Positions 26,001-37,620 of a stretch of 64,000 nt of DNA are shown here, one piece after another. This DNA is from Chiloscyllium plagiosum (taxonomy: Eukaryota), in assembly GCF_004010195.1 (NCBI RefSeq), contig NC_057721.1, forward strand, positions 51,914,662-51,978,661, written 5' to 3'. The translations under genes and the position numbers were made by a program. The notes below the pieces were generated by a model, which did not search any database, was not told the DNA's origin, and saw only the letters and a list, made by a program, of their open reading frames with translations. Every line of letters starts with the position of its first letter. Position 1 is the stretch's first letter.

Positions 26001-29000
26001 CCATTGAGGAGAAAGTGAGGACTGCAGATGCTTGAGATCAGAGCTGAAAATGTGTTGCTGGAAAAGCGCAGCAGGTCAGGCAGCATCCAAGGAACAGGGG
26101 AATCGACGTTTCGGGCATAAGCCTGAAGAAGGAAGAGCACTCTGCCTGTATTCCTGATGAAGGGCTTTTGCCTGAAATGTCGATTTTCCTGCTCCTCGGA
26201 TGCTGCCTGAACTGCTGTGCTTTTCCAGCATCATTCTATTCCATAAATTTAAAGACTCCCTTGCAGCTAATCTTCATGTTACTTCCAAGTTTACCCTTAT
26301 CCTTTCCAGTTTTTTTTGGCGTTTACAACTTTCCCAATTCTTTAGCTTACCACTAATCTTTGCCACTTTGCATGTTTGTTTCTGTGCTATACAACTCTAT
26401 GACTCGAAACAATAGGGTTACATGGGCAACCTTCTGACCTTTAGGCATCATTGCCTAATTATTAGAATTTTGAAAGATGATCACTAAGGCATCCAATATC
26501 TCTGAAGTCATCTCTTTCAATACTCTACAACGAAGGTCAGCAGGTCCCAGGGATTTGTCATCCCATTAATTTTCCAACCTGACTTTTTTACTAATACTAA
26601 TTTCTTTCAGTTCCACACTCTCACTAGACTCTTGATTTACTGACAAATGTATTCCTGTGTTTTTCATTGTGAAGAAAATATCTGTTCAGTTTTCCTGCCA
26701 TATCCATCTTTCCTATTTTTAATTCTCTTGTGTTTGCCTGTAATTGAACCACATTTGTCTTTGCTAATCATTTCCATTTCTCTTCTCTATAAAAGCTTTT
26801 AAAGTCTGTCTTTATGTATATTGCTGTTGTACGCTCATATGCTATTGGTTCTTAAATTCTACCAATTCTCAGGCATGCAATAGTTTTTGGCAACTCGATA
26901 AGCCTCCTCCCTGGCTCCTTTGCCTTTCCTATTGGGTATTTTTGCCTTATAATGTATATATTTTCAAAGTGAATTTTTTGATTCTTTAAATAATAGCCAT
27001 TGTTTTAGATTAGATTACTTACAGTGTGGAAACAGGCCCTTCGGCCCAACAAGTCCACACTGACTCGCCGAAGTGCAACCCACCCTGACCCATTGCCCTG
27101 CATTTATCCCTTCACCTAACAGTACGGGCAATTCACCTAACCTGCACGTTTTTGGACTGTGGGAGGAAACCGGAGCACCTGGAGGAAACCCACGCAGACA
27201 CGGGGAGAATGTGCAAACTCCACACAGTCAGTCGCCTGAGGCAGGAATTGAACCCAGGTCTCTGAGGCAGCAGTGCTAACCACTGTGCCTCCGTGCCGCC
27301 CAGTTTTATGTACTGTCAAACCGAATAATATATTTTCGATCCACTTACCAAAGCCAACCCTCTCCTTGTCATTTTATAATTGCCTTTGTTATGATTTAGA
27401 TCCTAGTTTCAGACTGAACTACAAATTTTTCTAACTTAATGGAAAATTCTGTAAAACTATGGTCAATATTAAAGTTTGTATTACACAGGATTACCAATTA
27501 GTCATTTCTCACCGCTTAATACTAAATATAAAATAGCCAGTACCTCAGTTGGTTCCTCAACATATTTCTTCAGAAATTTATCACGCACAAGCAATCTTCC
27601 TCCACAGCATTATAGAACATCAGATTTACCAAGACCTAATCTAGATCCGAATCATTCAATTACTGCAATTCCCTTGCTAAATGTATGTCTAATTTCCTGA
27701 ATTACATCCTGCCCTACATTATCGCCACCTGTTTTGTGACCTAAAAAAACATTCCTAGTGTTTGCTGCCTTTTGCTGTTTCTTACTTCACAGAAACTGCA
27801 TCATGTTCTTCCAATCAGTGATTCTCTCTTGATGATACACTGATCTTGTTCATTATTAATAGTATCTCCTTTCCCTTTTTGCCCTCTCTTCTGAATGTCA
27901 GGTATGCATTAATATTCAGTTCCCAATCTTTGTCACTCTGCAGCTACACCTCCATACTGGCAATAATATCACAACCTTTCACTTCACAGATGCCACCAAT
28001 TCACCTATTTTGTGAATGTTGTGTGTACGTGTGTACTCATATAGAGTAATGGTGTCTTTTTAGCACTATTCTATAATTTGATGCTAGTTAATTTTAGGAT
28101 TTGTTTCTCAATGCTTTTCACTTTCAATTACAGCTTTCCTACTTCAAATAACCAGTTTTGTTTTTATCTGAGTTTCCTCTTAGGTTCCCAGGCCCAGGCA
28201 AGTAGTCTTAACCGTCCACAACAGCATGAGCAAATTTCCCTGTGATGGTATTAGCCCAAATTTTGTTAAGGTGTAACCCATTCTCCTTTTAGAGACCTCC
28301 CCTGCGCCAAAAGCAGTCCCAATGTCTGAAAAATCTAAAGACCTCCCCCTGCGCCATATTTCCAACTGCATATTCTTTCAATCTTTTTGTCATTATGATC
28401 CCAGCTGATGGTAATTCTGGGCAAGTCAAATCATAGAGTGCCTTGATAGATCATAAATTATACTTTTATATTATAGTTAGTATTATGATTTGTTACTGAA
28501 TATATTCACATAAGGTTGTCAATTCTTTTAGATAAAGATAATGTGCTTATTATACAAAAGGCAAAGAAAAAAACAATACATATCAGACAATTTAGAAAGA
28601 TTTTAAGAGCAAAAAGGGTTAAGGCCTTCCTCTGCAATATCTTTTACAAACACTGAACCCTACTCAAGTGTCACCCCTATCTTAACCCTCTTTATTACTC
28701 TTTCTTAACTCTGAATGTTGCAGGCATTTCCTTTCCATTACTTTGTATATCAGATGTCAATCTCTCTATCTCTTTCCAGCTCTGAAACCAGGTTTCTCAG
28801 AATCTAAATTACTCTTCTTCTGGTATGAAATGGGTCAACTGAAACCTGATTGTGACCCTATAATATATAGTTCTGTCACTCTATATATTATAAAAGTACA
28901 ACTTTATAAACATTTCATCAATTAACTGCACAGATATCCAGTCATTTCCCTTTAGTCTCATGCTTTCTTGGAAATAATGTTTGAATTTGCTGTTCAAAAT

Positions 29001-30941
29001 TACTTTCTGAGAACAGAATTTAAAAACCAACACATTAACTTCTACTGCAAAATCCAAGTTCCCAAATGATAATAACGTATTCTAAACTATTGTCACACTT
29101 TTTGTATACGTACTAGTATGTGGTACTGGGAACTATTCTGAGATTACTGCCTTAGTGGTCCTGGTTTTCAGTCTTTTGCCCAGCTTCCTAAATTCTACTT
29201 TCAGGACCTCATCCCTTTTTCTACTGAGGCCATTGGTCCCACTTCGGACCATGACTTCTGACTGTTCACTCTCCTCAAAAGAATGCCCTGTAGCCACACT
29301 GTGGGAGCCTTGAACTTTCACCAGGCGACAGCATGCCATTCAGGTGTCACATATATAGCCTCAGAAATGCCTGTCTGCTCCATGAACTATTGAATCACCC
29401 ACCACTATTGCCAGTCCACCTTCCCCTCCCCACCCTCAGTGCAGCTGAATCACTTGCTGTGACAAAAACCTGGCTCTCATTACATTCCTCAGATGAACCA
29501 TTGGCATCATCAGTTTACAAAACAAATTTGTGAGTGAGATAGATCCAGGGGATTCTTGTACTACCTGCCTGCTATTTCTAGACAGCCCAGTAGTTAACTT
29601 TCCTTCTTTGGTCTTAATTAGCAGTGTGATCACATAGCTCTTAGCTTTACTGATACACCATCACTCCAGCTGCGGTTCAAATTTCAAAACCTGGAATTTG
29701 AGATCTTGCAGCTGAAGGTGCTTCCTGCATATGTGATCATCTAATCCTTGTGAAGCATCCACTGTTCCCAAAAATGATAGGCATTTGACATAATTGAACT
29801 ATCCTGCCATGCCTTAACTCATTCAGACCTTCCAGTGTCAATATAGAGTCTTAGAGTCATAGAGATGTACAGCACGGAAAGAGACACTTCAGTCCAACTC
29901 ATCCATGCCGACCAGATATCCTGACCTAATCTAGTCCCATCTGCCAGCACCTGGCCCATATCCCTCCAAACCCTTTCCATTCATATGCCCACCCAGATGC
30001 CTTTTAAATGTTGCAATTTTACCAGCCGCCACCACTTCCTCTGGCAGCTCATTCCATACACGCACCACACTCTGTGTGAAAAAGTTGCCCCTTAGGTCTC
30101 TTTTATATCTTTCCCTGCTCACTCTAAATCTATGCCCTCTACTTCTGGACTCCCCCACTCCAGGGAAAAGACCTTGTCTATTTACCCTATCCATGCCCTT
30201 CATAATTTCATAAACCTCGATAAGGTCACCCCTCAGCCTCCGACGCTCCAGGGAATACAGCCCCAGCCAATTCAACCTCTCCCTGTAGCTTAAATCCTCC
30301 AACCTTGGAAACATCCTTGTAAATCTTTTCTGAACCCTTTCAAGTTTCACACCATCATTCCGATAGGAAGGAGACCAGAACTGCACGCAGTATTCCTAAA
30401 ATGGCCCGAGCAATTTTGAATGACATCATTTATTTCCTTGTTCTGAGTTTGCAGTTTTCATTGTTTTATACTTTACTTTGCAATTTCTTCTGTCTGACCT
30501 CCCTTTGTCACTTTTACAATGTAATAAGAAATCCCAAAGTGCATGATTGAAATAAAAGACGAGCAGATATTTGAGCAGCAATTGGATGAGGATTAGGCTT
30601 TGTGACCGAGGCATGACCAAAGGGTTAGATTTTGAGAAGACTTTATGCACCCAGCATAAGAAGGAAAGAAACATTGACATGAATATCATGGAGGTTTTGG
30701 ATGTATTTTTGAAATGACTTTGCGACCAAAGCAGTGGTATTATGTCCAATGATTTGTAAAGTTAAAGTAAGGAATATTTCTGTTTGTCAGAAAATATATC
30801 TATCATTTCTTTCCTCCTCCTGAAATTCATCGTGACTGCAGTTACCCAGTAATAATGTTAGACTAAATAAATCGTACCTGCAAGTAGAAAAAAATGAAGC
30901 AAAACACAAAGTTTGAACACTTGCGTCCCCAGAGATGTCAT
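13917..30941 (-). CDS. Spliced gene: type I membrane IgSF receptor, leader-V(J-type)-C1-TM-cytoplasmic tail (non-rearranging antigen-receptor-like; PRARP/VJC1-, SIRP- or CD28/NKp30-related), 319 aa; join(30941..30878, 25122..24763, 21220..20915, 17080..16976, 14041..13917)
   Basis: Five exons of 64+360+306+105+125 = 960 nt splice in frame with GT-AG, all phase 1 as typical of IgSF genes. Translation: MTSLGTQVFKLCVLLHFFLLA / VRSRNLTVFQEP...INCSY...ITWKR...DSDIYFCQVDFEIPPPSKSATGKGTRIIVQ / ARPTVQL...LICTSQEFYPDDIQVSWFKDG...YSCQVNHRTL...ISVCNQ / GSASNRRLWISLIASGLIVLIACVVVAVLCTRSIS / KKNASSSKKADMPESEPHAREQPPKDDNAVYSLLGQYPCAL*. Confidence 0.85.
14890..16145. mobile_element. Nested CR1 LINE fragments: + strand 3' end interrupted by a minus-strand CR1 (about 15010-15830)
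   Basis: ORF 15528..15728 EQRDLEVQVHNSLK...VVKK...LEYCV; 3'UTR tails in both orientations. Confidence 0.75.
16976..17080 (-). CDS. IgSF gene exon 4: transmembrane segment
   Basis: Acceptor aattctcaacag|GT and donor CAA|GTAAGT; 105 nt, phase 1-1; encodes LWISLIASGLIVLIACVVVAVLC (23 uncharged residues). Confidence 0.85.
17600..18830 (+). mobile_element. CR1 LINE remnant
   Basis: ORF 18242..18745 LYKTFVRAQL..C.QLW...LERRLRGDMVEIF, a CR1 ORF2 C-terminus. Confidence 0.8.
19947..20283 (-). mobile_element. HE1/V-SINE-type SINE
   Basis: Same consensus as the 10497 copy. Confidence 0.9.
20915..21220 (-). CDS. IgSF gene exon 3: C1-set constant domain
   Basis: Acceptor tgactttcag|CT and donor CAAG|GTGAGA; 306 nt open; LIC..FYPDDIQVSW, NSDGSFSTTSFL and YSCQVNH are C1-set signatures. 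Confidence 0.93.
22100..22434 (-). mobile_element. HE1/V-SINE-type SINE
   Basis: Same consensus. Confidence 0.9.
22500..22720 (+). mobile_element. Older tRNA-derived SINE (SacSINE1/DeuSINE-like, tentative); related copies near 2895-3030 (+), 5760-6110 (-), 57670-57810 (-), 63060-63490 (-)
   Basis: tagtggcattgtcactagactatgaatccagag...gggttcaaacccaaccatagcag head and aaaacccatttggttc...ggaaagaaaactgccatcct core shared between copies. Confidence 0.55.
24278..24476. repeat. About 200-bp inverted duplicate of 23509-23707, inside the V-C1 intron
   Basis: Near-identical reverse complement; flanked by a duplicated ctctacttctga(accag). Confidence 0.9.
24486..24617 (+). mobile_element. Short Penelope pLTR fragment with an intact minimal hammerhead motif (24486-24523)
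   Basis: GAUUC-CUGAAGA-AGGGC ucau GCCC-GAAA-CG-UC-GAUUC; ttctga on both flanks; related copies at 26006-26231, 32757-32845, 33830-33918, 38949-39045, 53817-53940. Confidence 0.8.
24763..25122 (-). CDS. IgSF gene exon 2: V-set domain with in-exon J-like G strand
   Basis: Acceptor ttaatttctttag|TG and donor CAAG|GTGTGT; 360 nt open; canonical B-strand Cys (INCSY), C-strand Trp (ITW), DSDIYFC, GKGT di-glycine bulge; inside ORF 24689..25183. Confidence 0.93.
27006..27301 (-). mobile_element. HE1/V-SINE-type SINE (young subfamily, agattagattacttacagtgtgg tail)
   Basis: Same consensus. Confidence 0.9.
29845..30410 (-). mobile_element. Young 5'-truncated CR1 LINE
   Basis: Intact 151-aa ORF 29931..30386 QFWSPSYRND..KLERVQKRFTRM...LERRRLRGDLIEVY...VWNELPEEVV; (ctatgact)n tail. 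Confidence 0.9.
30878..30941 (-). CDS. IgSF gene coding exon 1: signal peptide MTSLGTQVFKLCVLLHFFLLA
   Basis: ATG in AAAATG context, hydrophobic 21-aa leader, phase-1 donor GCAG|GTACGA compatible with the phase-1 V exon acceptor. Confidence 0.75.
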
Positions 30942-31355
30942 TTTATCTGTTTCATCCTGAAGATATAAGAGAAACCATTAACTTTGATAAAAGAATGAAT
31001 ACTTGGTTTTATGTTATATATGCTATATGTTACAATTTATTGCAACATTTTACACTATTAACATCAAGAAATGTTCCAGATACTTCGCAAATAAGTATTG
31101 GTGACATTCAGATTGAGTTTTGCTTCATTTGTGCAAGGTGTGTAAATATTGCTGGCTGGCCCAGAATTTATTGCCCGTTTTTTTGTCCAGGGCCTGGGTC
31201 TTGGTCATTTGACTCTCAAATCTCAGTCATATCCAATCTTATTTGTGTTTTTTTTTATTTATACTGATTTCGATGTTATGGGATAGCCGTTTGAACGTCT
31301 TTGATTTTAATGTGTCTTAGTGAATAAGTGTTAAATCAGAACACTATGTTCTTAC

Positions 31356-31480
31356 CCAGAGCTTGAGAAATCGTAAAATTAATGGGAAATAGATTTAAAT
31401 TATTTCAACTAGGTCTTGCTTTTCAGCACCGGGACAGAAGTGTTTGTTAGAATATTCCACATAATTTTATCTGACACACC
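31356..31480 (-). promoter_or_regulatory. Putative non-coding first exon and core promoter of the IgSF gene
   Basis: An acceptor (tttctcttatatcttcag|G at 30956) lies 15 nt before the ATG; donor CTGG|GTAAGA at 31356; Inr-like CACTTCT near 31440 with GATAAAA about 30 nt upstream. Confidence 0.35.
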
Positions 31481-32893
31481 CAGTTTCAGGTGCATGAAGA
31501 GTAAGTTTTACTCTGTAGATTTTATAACCTGAGTGCAAGAGGTTATCTAAAATTCCCATGACCGCGGATATAAATTCTAATTCTGTAATTCCTGATGGAA
31601 ATCAATAGACATATTAGAAACAGTTCATCGCTCTGGTTCACTATTTTCCAGACAACCAAATTATTTATTTCATAGTGACAATATCAAACCTTTTCAAATT
31701 TCCTCTTTTGACAGATGAATTCCAAAGAATTGGACTGGAACCAGTTTACCTGGTTAAACAACATTTTGACTACATGCTTTTGTATTATTTACATTCCTTC
31801 ATTTAAGGTGGAGATTTTGAAAATATTTCTGTGATTTTTTTGGATCACGCCCCTGATGGGCACTCACAGCCAACTGCCAAGTTCCACAAAACTGAGCTAT
31901 CATACCACACTTTAGAGAGTTCCAACTTCCTTAACTGGATAGTTACTTATAAGGATTAAAACCAGTCATAATTCCTTGACAACCACACTTCTGACCATCT
32001 CCCCCACACTAAACTCCTCACTGACTCACCTTGTGTTCACCCCCCAACAATTACCATTCCCAATCCCCCTGAATCAACAAGGCTACTGCCCCCTTAGTCA
32101 ATGATACTAGCCCCATCAATCCTTTCCTTTAGTCTGACTTCACTGTGCCCCAGACCTGACCTACTCTAACACATGCTATCGTCCTCAGTCCTCACCCACC
32201 TGCCACTCTATTTTCTCATTCATCCATCTGCCGCTTTATCCCCTCACTAATCCACTTGCTAATCCATACCCTCACTCACCTACTGTATGCAAACTCACCC
32301 ACACACCTGCCAGCTAACCCTTCCCTTAATCACTGGCCCACTAACCTGCCATCCTAACCAGCACCCAGTGGACATTCTTCTCTTATCCACCGGCCACTCT
32401 GCTCCCTCACCAACTTACCTTCTTTCTATAACCTTTCCAAGAGGCTTTGCATGTTTTAACTGTATTTACTTACTGGAATACATGAGCTATTACTGTAAAT
32501 ACAAGTGTTGGGTTTAGATTCCACAAAGAATATCTATGATCTTCTATGTAAAGATGCTTGTGCGTTGAGACTCAGGCTGATAAATTACAGAGAAGTAATT
32601 GTGCAACCTACTGTCTAATCTTGGTCAGAAATAGGGATTCCAACAGTGATCAGAAGTTTCGTGCCCTGACCTGATCTCTAAGGCACTGTAATTGTATGCC
32701 AGTCATCAGGACCTAAAACAATTCAACCTAACTCTAGGGGCTGGTATTTCTTCCATTCCTAATGAAGGGCTTTTGCCTGAAACAACGATTTTTCCTGCTC
32801 CTCAGATGCTGCCTGACCTACTGTGCTTTTCCAGCACCACTCTAATCTTCAGTACTCACTTCTGCCGTTCTTTCATACAGTCTCAGATAATTT

Positions 32894-33149
32894 TAGATTA
32901 CTTACAGTGTGGAAACAGGCCCTTTGGCCTAACAAGTCCACACCAACCTGCTGAAGGGCAACCCACCCACACCCATTCCCCTAACACTACGGGCAATTTA
33001 GCATGGCCAATTCACCTAACCTGCACATTTTTGGACTGTGGGAGGAAACCCACACAGACACGGGGAGAATGTGCAAACTCTACACAGTCAGTCGCCTGAG
33101 GCGGGAACTGAACCCGGGTCTCTGGCGCTGTGCTAACCACTGTGCCACC
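32894..33149 (-). mobile_element. HE1/V-SINE-type SINE (internally deleted)
   Basis: Same consensus. Confidence 0.85.
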
Positions 33150-35607
33150 TTCTAGAAGGTGTATCCTAATGTGTCTGTGATTCCAGTTTATACAGGACAG
33201 AAGCGATTACAAGTTTCCCATCCAGGTAAATTGGACAATACCTGGTCATACTGGGAATCCCTTATCTTTGGATTTTCAGTTGTTCCTTTGTTTGTGATTT
33301 TTCCCTTGAGAGGACGCCTGCACTCCATAGCAACCTAATGAAAAACATCTGGTTTCACAGATTTCTCATAAATACTATTGTACTTGGGTAAGAGCTCTGA
33401 TCCTTGTAGAGCTAGGTGACTCATTTGCCATTAATCAGTTTGACTAGGACCAGACCTTCAAAATTAGCTCCACAAAATTTGAGAATTTTGACACAAGTTG
33501 GAAAATCACATTTTTTTTCCTTTCGAAGAACTTATCTGCTCAAGGGGTAACCACTTCCACCTGATGGCTGTTTGTTCATTCTGCGGCAATGTTATCTTGA
33601 ATGAAAAGACCATTAGTTTCTACAGTGCACCAAACATCACTAGTAGCTAAAGGGATAGAAGCAAGAAGGAAATAATGAAAGTAAGTGGATTTATTTGCAG
33701 GTCCTAATATTAACACATGACTTGCCAACTAGAAAAAAAAATTAGAAGGCAATAAAAATGGCCAGGGCTGACCATGCTCACAAGATGTCTCCAACTGAAT
33801 TTAAGAGTGGTCATTCCAAAGTTATTTGGTGATGAAGGGCTTATGCCTGAAATGTCAATTCTCCTCCTCCTTGGATGCTGCCTGACCTGCTGTGCTTTTC
33901 CAGCACCACACTCTCAACAAAGTTATTTGATGCCTATTTTCATCTGCTGAATGTTGTTCATGGACTTGTTCTTGGTAGAATTTAGAAGTGATGATCTATA
34001 TCATTAGGTTGTTTATACTGGATAATGCATTCCCTCGGGTATACAGGATGGTAGTTGATGTATCTCGCTGGTATGGAACTGTCATCCACAGGCTCCAACT
34101 CATGTGGAACTCTAATCATTGCAATCTTTCTTACATTAATGCTCATCCATTCAATAGAATGGTCAATTTTCATTGTCTTCCCATTCCTTCAAGCTCTTCA
34201 TCCTCATTTGCAAACCCTTTCACTGTTTTGCTCCTCCCAGTTTAAACGTCTCCAGTCCTACCCTTACCCTCTACCCTACAAGGACCTACAACAACTTTCC
34301 TCTCCCTTCAGTTCCAGGATTTTTTGGAAGTGTCCTGTTAACCCCCTTCTTCTTGTAATATCTGTCCAATTTCTAATGTCAACACGGAAAGCTGTAACAA
34401 TAACGTCTTTGGCCAAATCCCAGAACTCTCTGGTAATCCTGCTTACCTTTAAGCTACAAATATGATATGTTATGATCGCTTTGCAGTAACAAAAACAATA
34501 TACACATTCAATCTGGTGTTATTGGGTCTCAATTCCTTCTGTTATTATTTAAATGTTCTTCAATAAAGTATTTAATCTCATAAACATTAAAAATTTCTTG
34601 TTTCTTTCCATCTTTCCACAGGCAAGCCAACGGGTGAATCAAAATGTGGTGCCAAATACAAAATAATCTGTGAGCTGGATGAAAAAAAACTCTACTTCCT
34701 AGCAAACTGTATGTGAGATACCAAAACTACAGAGTTCTCCTGTTGACAAACAATACTCTGACAGACCACAGACCCATTTATTCCTACACTGTTTTCTGTC
34801 TGCCAGCCAGTTCTCTATTCATGTTAATACATGAGCCCCAGTCCCATTTGCTTTAATCCTACATACAAATCCCTTATGTGGGACCTTACTGAATGTCTGA
34901 AAGTTCAAGTATACCACATCCACTGGCTCCCTCTTATCAACTGTATTAGATGCATACTGGAAAAATTCCAGTTATTTTGTCAGATATGATTTCCCTTCAG
35001 AAATCCATGCTGACTCTGTTCGATCCTGTCACTGTTTTTCAAGTGCCCTGCTATTAATTCTTTCATATTAGATCCTGGCAATTTTTCCACTACTCATGTC
35101 AGGCGAAATAATTTAAAATACCTTGCTTTTTCTCTACTTCCATTTTTAAATAGTAGAATTATATCATTTACCTTCCAATCTAAGGGTGGAAAAGAGGGCG
35201 GGGGGGGGGGGAACATCTGTAAATTTAAGAAGTGGTGAGGTCATTACTCAAAGGACCATAAATTCCAAGGTTACAGGCCAAGTAGTGAAAAATGGGACAA
35301 GGTTTGATGACCGGCATGGATAGAATGGGCTAAAGATCCTCTTTCCGTTCTGTTAACCTCTGTGATTCTGTCACTCTGCAAAGTGGGAAACCAGCTCTGC
35401 ACATCAGGAAATTAAAGCAAACATGTTACCCACAATTTTCCATCTGTTGTGTTAATGTGGGTATTTTACCACAATTGTGTCAGGGTGCCATAACTGCAAT
35501 TTACCACTAAGACCAGCCAGTGATCGAGATTCTTTGGTGCACACATTTATAAAACTGACTCGAATTCATGAACTGGGGTAGTTATACAGACCCACTAGCT
35601 CCATCAG

Positions 35608-35945
35608 GGCAGCATGGTGGCTCAGTTGTTAGCACTTCTGCCTCAGCACCAGAGACCCACATTCGATACTATCCTTAGGTGATTGTCTATGTGGAGTTAG
35701 CATGTTCTCCCCGTGGCTGTGTGGGTTTCCTCTAGGTGCTCCAATTTCCTCCCATGGTTGAAACTTGTGCAGGTTAGGTGGATTAGCCATGCTAAATTGT
35801 CCATAGTACCTAAGGACGTGTAGTGGATTAGTAATGCAAGATGACAGGAATAAGTTTAGGAGGAGGGATGGGTCTGGGTGGCGGAGGATCAGTGTGGACT
35901 TGATGGACCAAATGGCTGCTTCCACACTGTAGGGATTCTATGATT
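35608..35945 (+). mobile_element. HE1/V-SINE-type SINE
   Basis: ggcagcatggtggctcagttgttagcacttctgcctcagc...ccacactgtagggattctatg. Confidence 0.9.
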
Positions 35946-37049
35946 TGTTCAACCTTCAGCAGAAACGTACTAAAGAAAGCTTACTGCAGGACATATATTC
36001 GGTTTTTACTTTGAAGCCCCAATCTAAGATAAAAGTATGAGTGAACACAATCGTTGATCATGAGCAAATTCAATGACAGGTTACCCAGATGAAAGGACTG
36101 GTATTTGAGAGGTGTTAACATATAGTAATATGTTCTTTATTTTGTTTTTTCCAACTGGTCAGGAAGCCTGTGGAAATTTTTAAAAAAGACTGCAGCACAA
36201 CTCTCCTCTAAACACAGACATTTTATGTCAGTCACAGGACCACGCCCCAAAGCTGCAGCCACAAGTCTCGATGTGCTTCTGGGGAAGGATCCTCAAAAGT
36301 GGGAATTGGCCAAGCAATGGGGAACCCTCTGATGTCCAAACAAACAAACACTGCAACATGATTCTGTTCCTTTGGGAAATTCTACAATTAGCAATTGCTA
36401 TTACCTACTAAGATGGTGTAGTATATTGTATTCCCTTGAGTATCACCCATATCATCAGGGGCAAAGTAAATGGGACACATATATTGATTACGAAGAAGTT
36501 TAACTAAAGCTGACATAAAACTGAAGTCCCCCATTTTCCTGCCCACACAGGATGTTTGTCATGTTTATCGAAATGAAAATCTTCACACCAGTTCGTTCCT
36601 ACACATTAAGTATTGCAACATCCATGTAATGGCTTTGGAAACACAAAGTGTAAAGTATTCAGAAATACATTTAGAAATATTTAATTTAAATCTGTGACTG
36701 TTGTGAATGCACTAGTTTATTCTTTAAAAAAAAATACATTCATGGCATGTGGGTATCACTTTCTAGGAGACACTTACTGTCTATTATTAGTATTGAGTAA
36801 GACTAAATTGTTGAGTATTAAAACAGAAAGTGCTGAGAAATTCAACAAGTCTCGTAGTATCTGTAGAGAGAGAAACAGAGTCAATGTTTCAAGTCTGATG
36901 ACTCTTTTACAGGAACTGTAAAATGTTGCTTAAAACTTTCCACACTGATATTTCATCTTTTTTAGATACAAATGATATGCACTGCTTATCAGATTGTTAC
37001 CTGAAATTATGGGCAAAATCTTCCTCGCCCCTGAATAATGTGAGCAATG

Positions 37050-37620
37050 GTAAGTCAGTTGTTAACATGTATAGTCTGTCATGTCCTGCACATGGGGGCT
37101 GCCAACTATGTTGCTAAGTCCAATGCCCAGGCTACAGCACTGACCTCCTCACAGGAGAATGAGATGAAGCATGTGATCCGGCAACAAGGTAACAGCCTTT
37201 ATTCATTTGTAGGTGGACAACTGAAAGGTCCCAATGGTTTCTTGGAGGGAACCAGTTGCATTGAGACTCATCGCAGCAGTCACCAGGATAGGATGGCCAC
37301 CTGCCCCTTCATGCCTCTGCCCAGCAACTGACACAGTTCAGCATTGACAGTATTCCAGAACATCCTCAGCCTGGGCTGGCACTGCATTTGGTCACCCAGC
37401 GGAAATGTATTGAGGACAGTAGACTCTGAACCTCCTGTACATCCTGTGCCTTCTAAGGGGACTTGCAGATGCAGCCTCGTCAGGCGGAGGCAGGTCAGCC
37501 TCCCCTGGAGGTTGCCTCTGCTCCTGAGCTTGTTGATACATCACATCTTCCATTTCGCCACATCTTACAGTGGCAATAATGCCTGCTGATCCATCAGTCA
37601 CATCTGAACTTTTGTGAGGA
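37050..37620 (-). mobile_element. Harbinger transposase 5' remnant
   Basis: RRHRMYRRFRVYCP...QC..RLR-like N-terminus in degenerate frames. Confidence 0.45.

Noticed and set aside
29435-29470. Perfect RSS nonamer ACAAAAACC in the leader-V intron
   Set aside because: The nearest heptamer-like sequence (CTCAGTG) lacks the essential CAC and has a 20-bp spacer; it lies in LINE-like sequence
34055-34465. 136-aa plus-strand ORF with a hydrophobic stretch; also the 115-aa ORF 59673..60020
   Set aside because: No domain motifs or supporting exon structure; consistent with chance ORFs
35608-35690. tRNA-like A/B box sequences here and in the other SINE heads
   Set aside because: These are SINE heads, not tRNA genes
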